This document shows, piece by piece, positions 63,643 through 64,000 of a stretch of 64,000 nt of DNA (position 1 is its first letter; each line of letters opens with the position of its first letter). A model generated the notes under the pieces. That model did not search any database and had not been told where the DNA came from. It saw only the letters and a list, made by a program, of their open reading frames with translations. The stretch lies in contig NC_086108.1 of NCBI RefSeq assembly GCF_963921235.1, positions 20,336,001 through 20,400,000 of the forward strand, in the 5' to 3' direction. The translations under genes and the position numbers were made by a program. This stretch comes from Mobula hypostoma. Taxonomy: Eukaryota.

Positions 63643-64000
63643 CAGGTGTCCCCCGCTTTTTGAACGTTCCTTTTATGAAACCTCACTGTTACAAAAGACC
63701 TACATTAGTACCCTGTTTTTGCTTTCAGGAGATGTTTTCACTGTTACGAAGAAAGGCAGTGCGCGATAAAAAATCAGCGCGCAAAAAAAATCAGTGTGCG
63801 ATAAAAGGCAGCGCACACCCCGAGCAGCCGCTCTGCCCCGGATTCGGAATGGCATTGCTTTAACGTGTGCCTGTGAGCAGCCATTTGCAAGATGAGTTCT
63901 AAGGTGTTGGAAAAGCCTGGAAGAGTAAGGGTGTTACACTTAGCGTAAAACTAGACATAATTAAGCATTTCGATCGTGGCGAACGAAGTAAGGACAAAGT
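63643..64000 (+). mobile_element. Tigger/pogo DNA transposon 5' end (runs off the window)
   Basis: TA followed by the terminus CAGGTGTCCCCCGCTTT. ATG at 63892, then a frameshifted HTH-psq segment KGVTLSVKLDIIKHFDRGERSKD. Confidence 0.8.

Overview
This is vertebrate intergenic or intronic DNA, densely packed with transposable elements. The mix of CR1, Rex1/Babar, Penelope and HE1-like V-SINE repeats fits a cartilaginous fish such as a ray (inference). I could not support any intact host gene. The window holds nested LINE fragments, DNA transposon remnants (Chapaev3-like, Tc1, hAT, Tigger), a 2.3-kb 21-bp minisatellite and three Gypsy LTR loci. The main finding is a Mag-clade Gypsy element (55450-58127; two LTRs, tRNA-Leu PBS, PPT, 5-bp TSD). 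Its RT/RNaseH/integrase core is replaced by an uninterrupted fragment of the host gene SH3KBP1/CIN85 encoding the C-terminal coiled coil. Both junctions are in frame and share the 9-mer AAGAAAGCT. Other findings: Penelope-derived insertions with 10-14 bp TSDs and minimal hammerhead ribozymes, a 3.8-kb palindromic Penelope, an unexpanded single-monomer paralog of the minisatellite, and a back-to-back chromovirus pair. All family assignments come from motif recognition, not database searches.
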